A stretch of DNA of 64,000 nt, taken from the NCBI GenBank assembly GCA_044892505.1, contig CM097882.1, forward strand, positions 163,680,001-163,744,000. The letters run 5' to 3'. Positions within the stretch are counted from its first letter, which is position 1, and each line of letters opens with the position of its first letter. Below the pieces are notes generated by a model. It was not told the origin of the DNA, did not search any database, and saw nothing but the letters and a program-made list of their open reading frames with translations. Shown here piece by piece: positions 1 to 12,961 of this stretch. Source of the stretch: Schmidtea nova (Eukaryota). Made by a program: the position numbers and the translations under genes.

Positions 1-169
1 TTTAAAAAACAAAGTGACTGTGTGTAACAACTCCACAACAATAATGTAATAATGTATGCTATGGAATGTACATGATTACACAATACACACAAAGTATTGG
101 TTAGCAATGATTGGTTAGAAAATTGTATTTTTATTAAGTGTAAGCTGATGGAAACGAACATCATTTTAA

Positions 170-520
170 CTCACTGCATAATATTGAACAACTCAGTCAA
201 AAAAATCACCAGATTTAAATTTTGTGCTTTGCGATGCGATCGAAATCAATTATTTAATAGGAATGAAACCCTCGTTTTCAAACCTTTGCATAGATATGAA
301 TTTTATTACCAAGCATTATTTGCTACATGTCGAAGTACGGTGGCTTTCAAGAGGGCTAAGTTTAAAGAAGTTATTGTAGGTGAAAGATGAAGTTTTTATC
401 TTTTACTATGAAAAAATCTAATTTTGATGATTTTCACAATGAATTATGGATTTTAAAACTATTTGAAAAATTGAATGATTTAAACATGTCACTTTAAGGA
501 AATAATAGTAACATATTTAT
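170..520 (+). pseudogene. hAT (Buster/Charlie-type) transposase relic
   Basis: A frame other than the listed ORF reads FSNLCIDMNFITKHYLLHVEVRWLSRGLSL (cf. LLLHTEVRWLSRG). THCII lies upstream and FEKLNDLNMSL*GNNSN downstream; stops and frameshifts present. Confidence 0.65.
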
Positions 521-2419
521 GTTGAGGTTCCGAGAATCTAAACTTGATGTTTTTTATATAAATTAAAAACAAAACATGGTTCTTTAAAATTTTATTTTAT
601 TATGGCAGTTACAAATTAAACAAAAGTAACAATTACCTCAAAAAATGTAATAACTTTGATCTGTTTTATATCTATGTATGTATATAAATATTTGCAGTTT
701 ACTGAGCTCGGATGTGTAAATCTATGTGCTCTAATTTTTGTTGTAATATCAATCTACTGAATTTACAACTCTTCTTAAAAGCTTTGATTTTTGGAGTCAT
801 TAGACTGAGAAATCAGTCTGCTTATATACTAAATTTCTGTTTTAACACCATTTCGAGTGTCAACACACTGTGTTTTGTGTAGATTTATTTTTGATTTTAG
901 TAAATAAAATTATTAAAAGTCTTGCACAAAATGTGCTTTATTTGCTTTTTCTTGGCACTAAGTGCCTTTTGTTTATATAAGAAATCTTCTTTCTTGGCAC
1001 TAAGTGCATTTTGTTTATTTTGTAAGCTTTTATTGCTCTCAAAATTTCTTTCTTTCCAATAATAATAATAATTTTAGCGATAATAATTTTAAAATAATGA
1101 TAATAATAATAACAATAACCACAACTGGTCGCGCCTGCTTATTAAAACGATTTAAAAATTAACTAAAATTAAATTAAATAATTAAAGGCGGAGCTTGATT
1201 GCTGTGAGAGATCGTCGAGCGAGCCTGAAACCGTTAAACGGTCTTATCGAAATCTATAAATAAATCTTATATTACATTTAATCTCAATTAGAAGCCTTTT
1301 TAATTGTATTACAAGTCTAAATGGCTCTAGCAAATTTGGAAGCAGTCTGTCAATGAAATTCGTCGCGTCTGTGTGCGGGTAGTGATAATTAGTGGTGTTT
1401 AGTCGGTGCGCACACAGACGAGAGTGGTTCAATTTTTCGTTGATTTGTGAAAAGATTGGTCCGATGAAATTATTGGAAATTCGAATTTTGAGGTTTTATA
1501 AAAAAGATTAGTTATTGTTTTACTGGATAATTGTGAATTTTTGGATTGTTAGGGCGGAATTTTGAGATTGGGGCTTTGTGAGAGTGAATTTGTAACTTTA
1601 TTATAAAAAACTTCAACATTTGTGGTTTTACCGATTCTTTGGGTGATTTTTCGAATAAAATTGGATTGATAATTTGGTTTGTAAAATTTTGAATTGTAAT
1701 TTTTAGGAGTTTATGTTTTTCGAAATTGTGATGAAGTGTGAATTTTGGAGATTGTGAAGAATTTAAAAATAAACTGCTTTGTGGATTTCTTATTGAATTT
1801 GTGGAATACTTATACTTTAATTTAAATATATATCTTTTTGAAAGCGTTATAAAGACTTGTGGAAAATTTGATATGAACGTTCATTATGTTTAAATATGAA
1901 TGGTGAAATGGAATCTGATCACGAACTATATTCTGACAATGATTCAAATTATAGTTTATGGGAAAGTGCTGACTTTTCCAGTAGCTTGGGAATTCCCTTT
2001 ACAAAGAGCCTGGATAAAGCTGCTTGTTATGAAGAGAATCCTAATTCGAATGTGGTCAATGGAATCGAGAGCTCTTTTGTTGATGATTTAATTAATGTGA
2101 TGTCTTCGCGAGATTCAATCATTTCTGATAAAGTGCGATCTTCAGTAATTGTAGAAAAGCTACAATTTAATTCACCGATATCTGACAGTGATTATTGGTG
2201 CAAATTGAATGTTGGTCGAACACCTCTTACAGAAAAACTCCAAAATTCTCCAATTTGTAAACTTTGTTATAATTTTCGAACGGGCATTTTGTCCAATCCC
2301 AGACTCATTCTTGATGATATAGAAGATAGATCTGAGGGAAATTATACTAATAAAACTGATGATATAAAATTGATGCTCGTAAATCGAAAAGACAATTCAA
2401 TCACTTCTTTCCAATCTCA

Positions 2420-2817
2420 GTTCGACAAATGACCAAATTCGTATAAAAACAGACCATATCTGAGGAAAATGATCAATAAAGGACGCAAGAATTATCTAAA
2501 ATTATACGCCTCAAAAGAGGACTTACCTCTGTCACGATTCTTAGAGAGTTTTGGAGAAGCAATGAAGTCAAATCCAAGGACTGTTTTTCTTTCGGAGCTT
2601 CTAATCAGCGTCAGGACACTTTTAGAGGATCCTCGTCAAATGGATATCAATCATGAGTCAAAAGCTTTATAGATTCTCGTAGCGGCCTCGAAGGATTTTT
2701 TAAAATCGAAAGGAAACGATTCATTGCCACTGAGAGGAGACATTCCGGAGATGACAGCTGACACTGAGCATTATGCAAGGAATCAGAAAATCAATCGCAG
2801 CTGGACGCGGCGAACCA
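2420..2817 (+). pseudogene. NAE1: Fragment of NEDD8-activating enzyme E1 regulatory subunit (NAE1/APPBP1)
   Basis: The frame of ORFs 1896/2469 continues past the TAG at 2670: ESFGEAMK...VRTLLEDPR.MDINHESKAL*ILVAASKDFLKSKGNDSLPLRGDIPEMTADTEHY. This resembles NAE1 ENFEEAIK...[36 protein letters not shown]. Confidence 0.7.
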
Positions 2818-2818
2818 T

Positions 2819-2836
2819 TGGTAGCAGAGCGTGGTT
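2819..2836 (+). promoter_or_regulatory. Primer-binding site complementary to initiator tRNA-Met 3' end
   Basis: TGGTAGCAGAGCGTGGTT, preceded by ...CA-T and followed by a CCC-TTCG-GGG hairpin. Confidence 0.7.
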
Positions 2837-3240
2837 CCCTTCGGGGGTCATGCGAAGCGGGTAAGCTCTATAATTTCTCATAGCTCTGTATTTTATAAAA
2901 AATTTAAAAAATTAAAATTAATAGTAAATTTAATGGGGGATTTAAGATTGTTGCGATGGGCCCCAGCGATCATCCCCACCCCTTAGTTGCGACTGATGAG
3001 CATAAAGATTGTTCACATAATAATCCTTCCATGAAAGATGTTATTAAGCTTGATAGTAGCTGTAGTGATACATCAAGCATTCCCTTTATTGAAAAACTTA
3101 AGGATACTTATGATAATCCCACAAAACCTGCATGGGGTTACGATAGCGATGAAAAGCAAACTTTACGTAAAGATTTTAATAAATCTAAAAATAAAAAAAG
3201 ATCATTTGATGAATCAAATAGACAAAGGGATAGTAGGTGG

Positions 3241-3546
3241 ACCGGTTATGTCAGTGAAGATTTTCTATTGAATATCAACCGGGAAATGTTGCAACAAAAT
3301 AGAATTTTGAAAGTAATCAGAAAAGAGTTAGGGGGAAAAGGCTTAGAACTTTTTGAACGAATAATAGAATACGAAGCTAATTATAAAAAGTTTTATGATC
3401 AAGTTGCTAAAAATATTAAAGTAGGTATTCATGAAGACAGTGTAAATGAAGCTAAAGTAGCGGAATGTTTGTGTTTTTATTCAATGCCAAGTGGTGATGC
3501 AAGTACAAGTTTAAAAGAGTATAGTCCGCGAATGAAAGAAAATAAA
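3241..3546 (+). pseudogene. HSP90: Hsp90 middle-domain fragment (captured, intronless)
   Basis: [24 protein letters not shown]...[21 protein letters not shown]...[18 protein letters not shown] matches Hsp90 [24 protein letters not shown]...[20 protein letters not shown]...SLKDYCTRMKEN. Confidence 0.9.
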
Positions 3547-3816
3547 ACGGAGTCAACTTTGCAATTGGGTTTACGATTGAGAGGTGGGATACAGATGTTT
3601 GTGAAGACTTTATCAGGGAAAACTATTACCCTGAAAGTTGAATCAAGTGACACAATCGAAAATGTAAAAGCGAGAATACAAGACAAAGAAGGCATTCCAC
3701 CTGACCAGCAAAGGTTGATCTTCGCCGGATAACAACTGGAAGACGGACGAACATTATCTTATTATAATATGCAAAGTGAATCTACCTTGCATTTGGTGTT
3801 GAGATTACGAGGAGGA
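3547..3816 (+). pseudogene. UB: Polyubiquitin fragment: tail of one unit (3547-3588) plus a full 76-codon unit (3589-3816) with TAA at codon 48
   Basis: [13 protein letters not shown] | [75 protein letters not shown]. Confidence 0.95.
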
Positions 3817-4900
3817 ATGGATACCCAAGATAAACTAAAGCAGTTAAAGAATGGGATTGAGAAGCGCCGCTCTCAGAAGACGCAACTCACCAAACTATTC
3901 AGGAGATCCTCAGAAGACCTGTCGGTAGAGGATCTTGTGCAACGCCGAGAGAAATAAGAAGAAAAGTTTGAAGAAGTGCTGGAGGACTGGAGCAGGCTAA
4001 AGAGCTTAGCAGAAGAGTTGGGAGACCTGAAAGTCGCGAGAAGCTTTGATCAGGATTTAGAAGATATTGAAGAGCGTAATGAATATTTATCGAGGAAGAT
4101 GGTAGAAGTAAGTTTTAAAGTAGGTTCGCAACGGGCTCTATCCGAGGAATATCAAGTAGAAGTCCATTCAAAAAGAGATTAGAGATTAACAAGAGCGTAG
4201 TTAATGAAGCGAATCGCTATCCAGAAAAAAGAATGATGGACAGAAGCATTGAAAGCCAAGAGATAGAAGAACAGAATTTATTAGTCCAGGAAGAAAATAT
4301 TCTTAGAGCCAAGGGGAAAAGTTATGAAGGCTTAGTATTGAAACGCTTGGATAAATTAAAAAAGATAGAGATTCCAGTGTTCAATGGAAAAACGTTAGAA
4401 TATGCTCAGCGGAGCAACCTTTGATGCCTGTGTGGATTCGGCTTTTGGAACAAAAGTAGAGAAGTTGCTGAATTTAAGGCAATCTTTAAAGGACGAACCA
4501 TATAGGGTTGTAAATCAACTCGGGTTTACAGCAGATGCGTATGAAGCAGCCTTGGCGTGGTTAGACAGGCGATATGGAGGTGTCGAAAGAAGCTTTCTCG
4601 CAATTTCAGAGGAATTAAATCGTTTTAATCCTGTTCGGTCAGATTCGATTGGTGAACTGGAAGCTTTTCAAGAGTTAATAAGTTCAGTGATGATAAGGCT
4701 TAAAGCGCTGGGCAAGAAAATGAGCTTGAAAGTGGATTTTTATATCAGGCGCTAATAAAGAAGTTATCTGAGGATTAAGTGTTCCAGTGGGAAAAACGGA
4801 GAACGGATAATAGAAAGGAGAAGAATGTAGAAGCAGTCGCTGAATGGATATCTCAATTAGCAGAAATGAAGCGAAACGTGTTGGAAGAAGTATATGGTTT
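3817..4900 (+). pseudogene. gag: BEL/Pao-type Gag (DUF1759-like), disrupted
   Basis: The Met directly follows ubiquitin GG. N-terminal coiled coil, then IEIPVFNG...EKLLNLRQSLKDEPYRVV...YEAALAWLDRRYG; stops and frameshifts present. Confidence 0.75.
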
Positions 4901-7900
4901 TACCGATCAACGACTAGCGTCTAGAAATGAGCAAATAGAGGTGAAACCATCTTGGAAAAATAAGAATCAAGGTAATTTCAGGACAAAGGGAGAAGAAAGA
5001 AGAACATTTGTGTCCAGAGAAGTACCGTCAGAAAGAATAATTTCAGAACTGAACAAAGAAATAAATAGCTTGAAAGAGAAAAATGGGAATTTGATAAATG
5101 AAAAAGTAAATAATAAAAATGAATTCGAAAATAGGAAAAATATTTTGGAATTGGAATTAGACGAAGAAATAATCAAGACATTGTCGTTAAAATTGAGAGA
5201 AAATGAGGTTGCCGATTCAGAGACTGAACTGAAATCTTGCCAAGTTAATTATGAGAGTTTATCGAAAAGCAAGAATGAATTTCAAAGTAAATTGGAATCT
5301 TTATTTGAAGAATATTCAAAATTATTTGACGAGCTGGCATTAGTTAAAGCTGGAAAAGAATTTGAGGAATTATGAAATCGAAACAAAACGCGCTCTTGCT
5401 GACAAGTCGGGTTTAATAACACAGCTTCATTCAAAAAAAAGTGCTTCAAAATAACATAGAAACGATTGAATTAGAACATAAAAAGGAAATTAATGAATCA
5501 GAAGTAAAATTTGAGAATTTGGCTAAAACTGAGAAGAAATTTTATCCGCTGAGATGGAAAATGTAAATGATATTAATGACAAATTGGCAACTGTAAATCG
5601 GGAACTAGAAATAAAAATTGAACGAAATGAAATCGATTTAAATGAGCTTACTGCAAAAGAAAGGCATTTTAAATGTGGAGATGAAAGAAAAGGAAAATGA
5701 TTACCTAGAACAACTTCGAGAGGCTAATGACAAAATCGCTTCTCAGCAAACCTTGGTGAAGGATTTGACGGAAGAAAATGGTAATTTAATTAATAAACTA
5801 AATGGTAGTCTGGGAATGATTGAAGATATTAAATTAAGCTTGAAGTCTTCAATGATAGAAAAGGATTTCTTGAAAATGGGACTCAATACTAAAAAGGAGT
5901 TGATTAAAGAAGTCTCAAGGAAATTGGAAATAATTACCGAAGAAGAAATTTGAATTTGTAACAATGCAATGAATACTGACGATAAATTGATCGAATCCAA
6001 AAGAGATGGAGAAGTAATTGAGAGTCATTTGGTTAAATTAGAAAGTAATTTTCTACGAAGACTGATCAATGACTCTATACACAAGTTATTTCAAATAATT
6101 CACTAACATCGATAAACACTGCATCTTATTAAAACAAGGTCTTTCATAACGCGAGTGTATATTTAAATATGCAAACTTTAAAAAGACTTCATTCTTACCC
6201 TATGATTTTTAGTGTAGAAAAACAGTTTTAGATCATTTAAAGATAGGTAGTCACGCGCTTGTTTTCTTGGCAATATTTTATTTTTGATATAATAAATAAT
6301 TTACCAAACTTATTGATCATTTCCGTTGTTAATTTATTAGTGTTTGTAATAAACTCCGTTTTCATATGCATTTTGTTCGGCATTTTTTGGTTCGTAGAAT
6401 TTGCTCTAACCGCAATAACATTGCTTCCATTCTAAATAACCATAATTAGCGATCAACTAAATTAATAAATAAATTTTAAAATCACGAGTCCAGTAACAAT
6501 AAATATTGTTTATTTATTAAAATTTATTGATTAAAAGTAAACTGTATGAATTAAATAAAAAATATTAAATTTACTAGATTGTTTATGTAGCAAGCAAAGG
6601 CGTATTAAAATTTTGCTATAACCTATTAACACTCGATACGCGAGAGATATTTTCAATTTTTTGTTTAAAATTTCGATTTATTTCTATTCGCTATTAATAC
6701 TAATTAAAAATGTTAGTGAATATAAAATCAAAGATTTAAGAATGGTGTTATGAGACGGAGATAATGTTATAGTAAAACACCTTACGGAATACTATGAAAT
6801 AAGTAACACGCGTTGCTATCAACGTTGCCGCTACTGAAGATTTCTTTAGAAAAGTATTTTTAAAATTTAAGAACTGTTTAAAATTAGCGCTGTATCTCAC
6901 TAAGTCAACACCACTTAANNNNNNNNNNNNNNNNNNNNNNNNNNNNNNNNNNNNNNNNNNNNNNNNNNNNNNNNNNNNNNNNNNNNNNNNNNNNNNNNNN
7001 NNNNNNNNNNNNNNNNNNNNNNNNNNNNNNNNNNNNNNNNNNNNNNNNNNNNNNNNNNNNNNNNNNGTAAATAATAAATTAATAAACACTTAACTAACTA
7101 ACAATTATTACCAATAACTAACTATGAACCAAATCTGTATATAGTCTTACTAATAAATTAGCTCTATACTAAACAATCAACTAACTTATTAATCCTCACT
7201 GAACAGCTAATTACTAATACTAAACAATCAAAGGTTAACTACTAACCAACCAACTCCACCGACTAACTTTACTAACAATTGACTAACCATCTCAGTCTAC
7301 TGACTAACCTTCCAAATACCTGCTTAAAAATATATATGAATGTTATCCCTTATATAGGGTTTCTCATTAGGTAGTGTTAAGATTTCATTTATTAGTGTTT
7401 TTCGTATTTGTGATTATTTATTAATAATTTTTAGATAAATAAATTAACACAATTATCAGAAAATACTAATAAATGAAAAATTAACACTATCAAGTGCAAA
7501 GGTCATACTATAAAATGAGAAACCCTATATCCGGAATATAGAAAGGATTCACATAAAACCTGAAATTAATAAAATATTCTATAACCTCTGATGTCTGCAT
7601 AATACTTTTGACTCTAATTGCCCTTTGATAGGTACAAATCCATGATTAATGAAGTGTGCACGTTTTGACCCATTTTATTTTTATTATTAATTGCGATGGT
7701 GATATTGGTTGAAGCTCCAAAATATGGTCCTTTTCATAATGTGTATTATAATGTATGTATTAAGCTGTACCTCCACGCACTGTTTTTATTTATTATTTTT
7801 TTATTTTATCGATTATTATTTTATAAATTATGATATAAATATAATAATTTAACCAAATAAAAAAATCAATACCTGAAAAACAAAACACAATGGATATTGA

Positions 7901-10485
7901 AATTGAAATTAGCAGGGAAAATAAAATTAACAGAAATTAAAAATTTGAATTGACAACGAAAATAAAATAAAATTGATGGAAAACTTGAATGACAAAAAAG
8001 AAAATTCTTTTAAAAACAAGAAACAAAAACCTACAAACAAATAAACTTGGAATAAGATTATAAATTTAATAACATTATTTACTGTGAGTAACTTATTAAT
8101 TTTGTTATTTTTAATTAAATAAAAGTGGTTTTTTAAAGTTTTAATTGTTAATTGTTGATACTATACATTCATCGTAAGCACACGCACACATCCAGACAAT
8201 TGCATAACATTTACCCAAACAGTCCCGATACAATTTTTACAGGAGACTCTGCTGGGCTCAACAAACTTCTTTAAAACGCATTTATATTATATACTCTACA
8301 TATATTACATATACTTATTACATACTACACCATTAATAATTAAATTGAACGCATATTTTATCATTATCATAAATTACAATATTATAATTACTTACCACTA
8401 TAATTTATAAAATAAAGCAATTAAATTTATTATTTTATCACCCGAAATTACTTTAGTCCCTAATTTGCTCAATTATAATCCTGATTTACCATGAATAACA
8501 AAGATAAATTTCTAATTTTCATTCAAAATAGAACGTTCTTAAGTCTTTAAAATGGATCTAAATTAAAAGTTAATTAACAACTTAATGAATTTTCCGATAC
8601 ATGTTGGGCCCCCTTCAACGGTTATTTAACTAAACTATTAAGCACACTGTAATTCAGTTAACCTGGTTATCATAACAACCCTTTAATTTAGTCCATTTGA
8701 TTATTTTATAAAGATCAATTACAACATGCCTTTACACTCTATAGCATCTTCAGAATTTTTTTCTGCTGCACTTCTCTGCAAAAATGTTAACAAGTTCATC
8801 AAAGTCTAGTATTTTTTACGTGTTCTTTTTTTATACCGAAAATGGCTAAACCAGATAGTCTTTTTCACAACAAGGTGCTAAGCAGATATTTTTTACTGAG
8901 CTTAAGCTTGGAGAACGACCTATCTGCTGTTGCCGCAGTTGCCGGTAAAGTGAGGAAGAGAAGATATGCAGCACAGACATCCAAGAGTTATATACCAAAA
9001 AATATTTTCGTTTATCGAAAGATAACTCAACTTTTTGATTGTGTTTACATTTTTAATTTCCGGTTTGAGAATTATTCTAAATCATTGTAGTTACTCGAAG
9101 AACGATGGTGTTATGTTATTTAAATAATGTTTCAACTTTTCGCCTTCGAGAACAGTTCCTCATCGATGATGACAGTCGATTGGTTTGAGAATGTTGGGGT
9201 TAATTAAAATTAGTAAAATACAAAAATAAAAACCATAAAACTTAGTAAAAAATCAATAAAAATATAAAATTAAAAAAAAAGTAATAGTTAAATCGTGAAA
9301 ATTAATTGAAAATTTAGAAAATTTAAAAAATAAAGATTTAACATGGGAATTTGGTATGGGTGTATGCCGAATCGTGAGACAAATCTAAAAAAGGGTAAAA
9401 TAGAATTAATGGGGGGTCCCCTAAAGAAAAGAATTTTTAAAAAATTAATTAATTAATTGGCTAATGGTAAATCCGAGCTAATGGGAAACCCGAGATAATG
9501 GAGAACCCGAGTAATGTGGGAAGCCTGGATGAGCAGAGAGATAGATAATTATCCATAAGAAAATTAATTTCGCAAGGAAACCGGGGAAGCACAATTAGCG
9601 GAGGGAGAATTGGGAGTCTTATTTCTAATTAAGTTAATTAGGAAATATCAAATTGCGAGACACCACCAGAAAGTTTGAAAGAGAGCAATATATAAACTAG
9701 AAGAAAATCCCAGAACTTGCTAGAGTGACTGAACAAAAAAAGGTGAACAAAGAATTATAATAATGGAAAAATTTAAACGAATTAACAAGGGGAAAGTTGA
9801 GAGTAAGAAGTCGAATTCATTCTTCACAGAGTACCAGAAAGGGAAATCTTCCTTTTGGAGACTTATCCCTACGCTCAATCGAAAAAAACAGTTCAAAAGT
9901 TATTTTGAATTTATATTACAGAGACTTGTTGTTGTCAGAAGTTGTATTAAAAATTTGTATTAATTCTAATTGCGAAAAAATTTTCTGTTTGGGTTATTTT
10001 CGTGAATCAATCTTAATAACACCAAGGAGTCAGATAAATAGTACCGACTAATTGAATAAATACCCAACAAGAAGCTGCACCATTCAGAACTAAGTTTAGA
10101 TTATCTGCAACACATGGAACATAAAGTGTTTGAGACTTTTTCCAAAATACGTCATTGGACTCAGTCTCTTCATTCGGTCGACTTTCAATTCAACAGAAAT
10201 AGATTGAGTTTGCTTAAATGCTATTGATCCCCCAATTTTAATTAAAATGTATATTGAACCAAACCAGATACCAAAACTAATTTTCAATAAACTCCATAAG
10301 GAAAAAGCCCAACAGCAAATACTTATTGGCAAAACAGCGAGCAATAAACAAGATAGAAACACAATGAAAAGTTTTCGTTTATTCTAATTTCATTTTCAAA
10401 ACAGATTCGTGAAATTTTATGAAAAAAATTTATATTAGTGAAATCTGTTCGAAATTTAGAGCACTGAATATGCTTTCTATAATGC

Positions 10486-10530
<45 letters not shown>

Positions 10531-12151
10531 AATATTATATCTTGTTGTCATTTTTATTATTATTATCATTATTATTATTGTTGACGCCGTCATTATTATG
10601 GTAACCCCCCCACTTTTATTTTTACCTTGCCGTGGTCGAGGAAATATTATTAAATAAAAATCCAAAAAATAATAAAATTAAGAAATTACAAATTCAAATA
10701 AAAAGATCAATAATCTAAAAATATAGAAATTTGACAAGAAGGATATTGATCAGACAACGGAGACAAATAACAAAATTCCTTAATTCAAATTGTAAATTAC
10801 TAAAGTAGAGTTGGATAAAGCTATTACCAATTTCAGAAAAATTTATAGTCAATAGGGAAATAGCAAAATTCCAAAATACAAATTGTAAATTACCAAAGCA
10901 GAGTTGGATAATAACTATTACCAAGTAACCATAAAAGAAACTCTGACGGTGTCCAATTATTAAGTAAGTATAAGTTCACTGCTGTTGTGTTAAATAATAG
11001 AAGTGTTATATAATTTAGTTTTGGTTCTTTGGCTGTGAGTACGCATACACCTACATACACACGCACGCAGACATACAAATACATAGGATGCACCCCAGCC
11101 ATCCATATATCATATTTATAGGCGAAAATATTATTAAAAAATGAATTAAATAATAGGGAAAATATCAAAAATTATGTTAAAACTATATTTGAGAATAATA
11201 GAAATTATATTTTATTTGTAGAAATTATTGCAATTTGAATAAACGCCTGAATAATTGATTAATGTAATAAATGAAAACAAACTATAACCTTTTAATTGAT
11301 ATACAATCTCTGCCACATGAATAGCCGTATTCAAAATATATTTATATTTAATCTATAAAAATCTTAAATTATTTCACTTATTTCGAAAACATTTGTTATA
11401 GGGATATAGAAAACCTAACAATAAAATATACTCCCAGTTTGCAAAAATTATAGTATATTTCAGAATTTTTATTGTTTTTAATTGGGGGTGCATAAACAAT
11501 ATCACTATTTTTCTAAATTTATTTAAATATATTATGGATTTTCATTGATTTTAATAATTTCCAATTATAAGATATTAATTGTATACAGAGCAGCAACCCC
11601 AAAGAGCTTTCCGTATTAAAAAAAAATAACTCAAACATGTTTATATAAATGCGAACACTCGCTATTATTTAAACAAAATTATTTAATGTCTATAATATTA
11701 GTTCGTAATTAACTTTTTACTATTCCTATAATCTATATTATAGATAAAACTGTTTGAAGCTTACATAATTTTGAAAAGCAAAAATTTTGGAAATCGAACT
11801 TATTTTAAATAACCGAAGACCCCTCAGAATAATATCCTGGATATGCCATTGATTTTATGGCTATGTTTCGGCACATTTACGGGCAGGTTATTATTAGATA
11901 TTATGTAGAAATATTTGTTCATGCTTTGTACTTTCTTTAAAATTGTTATCATGTGTTTATAATTTTTCCTTAATGAGTCTTAATATAAATTACATAAATT
12001 TAATTTCAAGAAAGACGATTTCTGATTATTATTTGAAGTTCTATTGATATGACAAGAGGTTGAATAAGAAAATAGATTAAAAGAAACTAATATAATTTTA
12101 TATTTCATAAAATTTTTGTTATAATATGTCATTCTAATCATTGTTTATTGT

Positions 12152-12571
12152 TTATTTTAAAGTAAAAAGGAATGAATTTTGATTATTCAAGCTGTCATTA
12201 TTTTTGACAATTTCACTTATTAAAAGTTTAGAAATTCGAAGCGAACAAGAATAACTAACCATGTCTAAAGTATCAATTTCTAATATATCTTCATCATCTG
12301 CATCGAAAATAAGTGAATCATTATTACTTAAATTCGTTAAAATGTTAAACGCTACATCATTTGGACTTAAATTATCACTCCAGGCATTTGTAGTGTGAGT
12401 TGATGAAGAAGGAGTGTGCAAACTGTTTGAATTTGTTCCAGTGAAATTTTCTGATGAATTTTTCGTTGATAATTGATGATCCCAATTGTATTTTCCAGAT
12501 GAATAACCATCTTGTTTCGACTGACATCGATCACTCCAACTTTCTCCTTTCATTTTTTTATCCGCATAAAC
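12152..12571 (-). CDS. gli: Gli/Ci transcription factor, post-zinc-finger exon (3' end uncertain)
   Basis: Acceptor TTGTTAG|GTT gives HGPQ-VYADKKMKG, matching the motif after ZF5. A possible internal donor ATG|GTTAGT lies near 12260. Confidence 0.75.
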   Translation of the reverse strand, partial: VYADKKMKGESWSDRCQSKQDGYSSGKYNWDHQLSTKNSSENFTGTNSNSLHTPSSSTHTTNAWSDNLSPNDVAFNILTNLSNNDSLIFDADDEDILEIDTLDMVSYSCSLRISKLLISEIVKNNDSLNNQNSFLFTLK

Positions 12572-12703
12572 CTAACAACACAAATCAGGAAATTTATACT
12601 TGAAAATGCTTTTATTTTTAATTTACTATTATTTACGGATATTCAAAATTTACTTCAAACTAAATACGTTTTAAATAGAAACTCAATCGAAGTAAATCCT
12701 TAC

Positions 12704-12961
12704 TTGTGGTCCATGATTTGTTTTAACGTGTTTTCTTAGAGAGCTAGGATCTGTGTACCTTTTTGCACATCCTTCTACTTTGCACACATATGGTTTAGTG
12801 TTACTGTGAGTTCGATTTTGGTGTTTAGCTCGATCGGACGCATTACTAAAAGCTTTATGGCATCCGGGGAATTCACACTCATACGGCTTTTCTCCCGTAT
12901 GAGATCTGATATGAGTTTTGAGATTCTCTAATCGTGAATAACGCTTGTTACAATTAGGAAA
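12704..12961 (-). CDS. gli: Gli/Ci exon encoding zinc fingers 3-5
   Basis: [86 protein letters not shown]; 258 nt, phase 0/0, TTTAG|...|GTAAGG. Confidence 0.97.

Larger units (their letters stand above)
1896..6060 (+). mobile_element. Decayed chimeric BEL/Pao-like retroelement with captured host gene fragments; no pol detected; boundaries approximate
   Basis: Successive near-in-frame ORFs broken by stops: NAE1-like segment, PBS, Hsp90 fragment, ubiquitin, DUF1759-type Gag, then E/K-rich coiled-coil sequence. No LTR pair recognised. Confidence 0.55.

Noticed and set aside
97-390. 97-aa ORF as a gene
   Set aside because: The meaningful hAT motif is in another frame; this ORF is an off-frame by-product.
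3730-3732. TAA read as an amino acid (alternative genetic code)
   Set aside because: Gli, Gypsy and Polinton ORFs use TAA/TGA as true stops, and the chimeric element has other stops and frameshifts consistent with decay.
4950-6050. E/K-rich coiled-coil region as a fourth captured host gene
   Set aside because: Low complexity prevents assignment by eye; it needs a BLASTX search.
8700-8780. Candidate terminal Gli exon (TTTTTGCAG|AGAAGT...TAA)
   Set aside because: The phase fits but there is no Gli similarity; it could equally be a LINE ORF1 relic.
9140-9185. Hammerhead-like CGATGAG-GAAC-T-GTTC-TCGAA on the minus strand
   Set aside because: The core lacks CUGA and GAAA, and no stem I is evident.
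9300-10400. ORFs 9763, 9797 and 10096 and short taatggnaaacccgag repeats as a LINE 5' region
   Set aside because: No diagnostic domain could be recognised.
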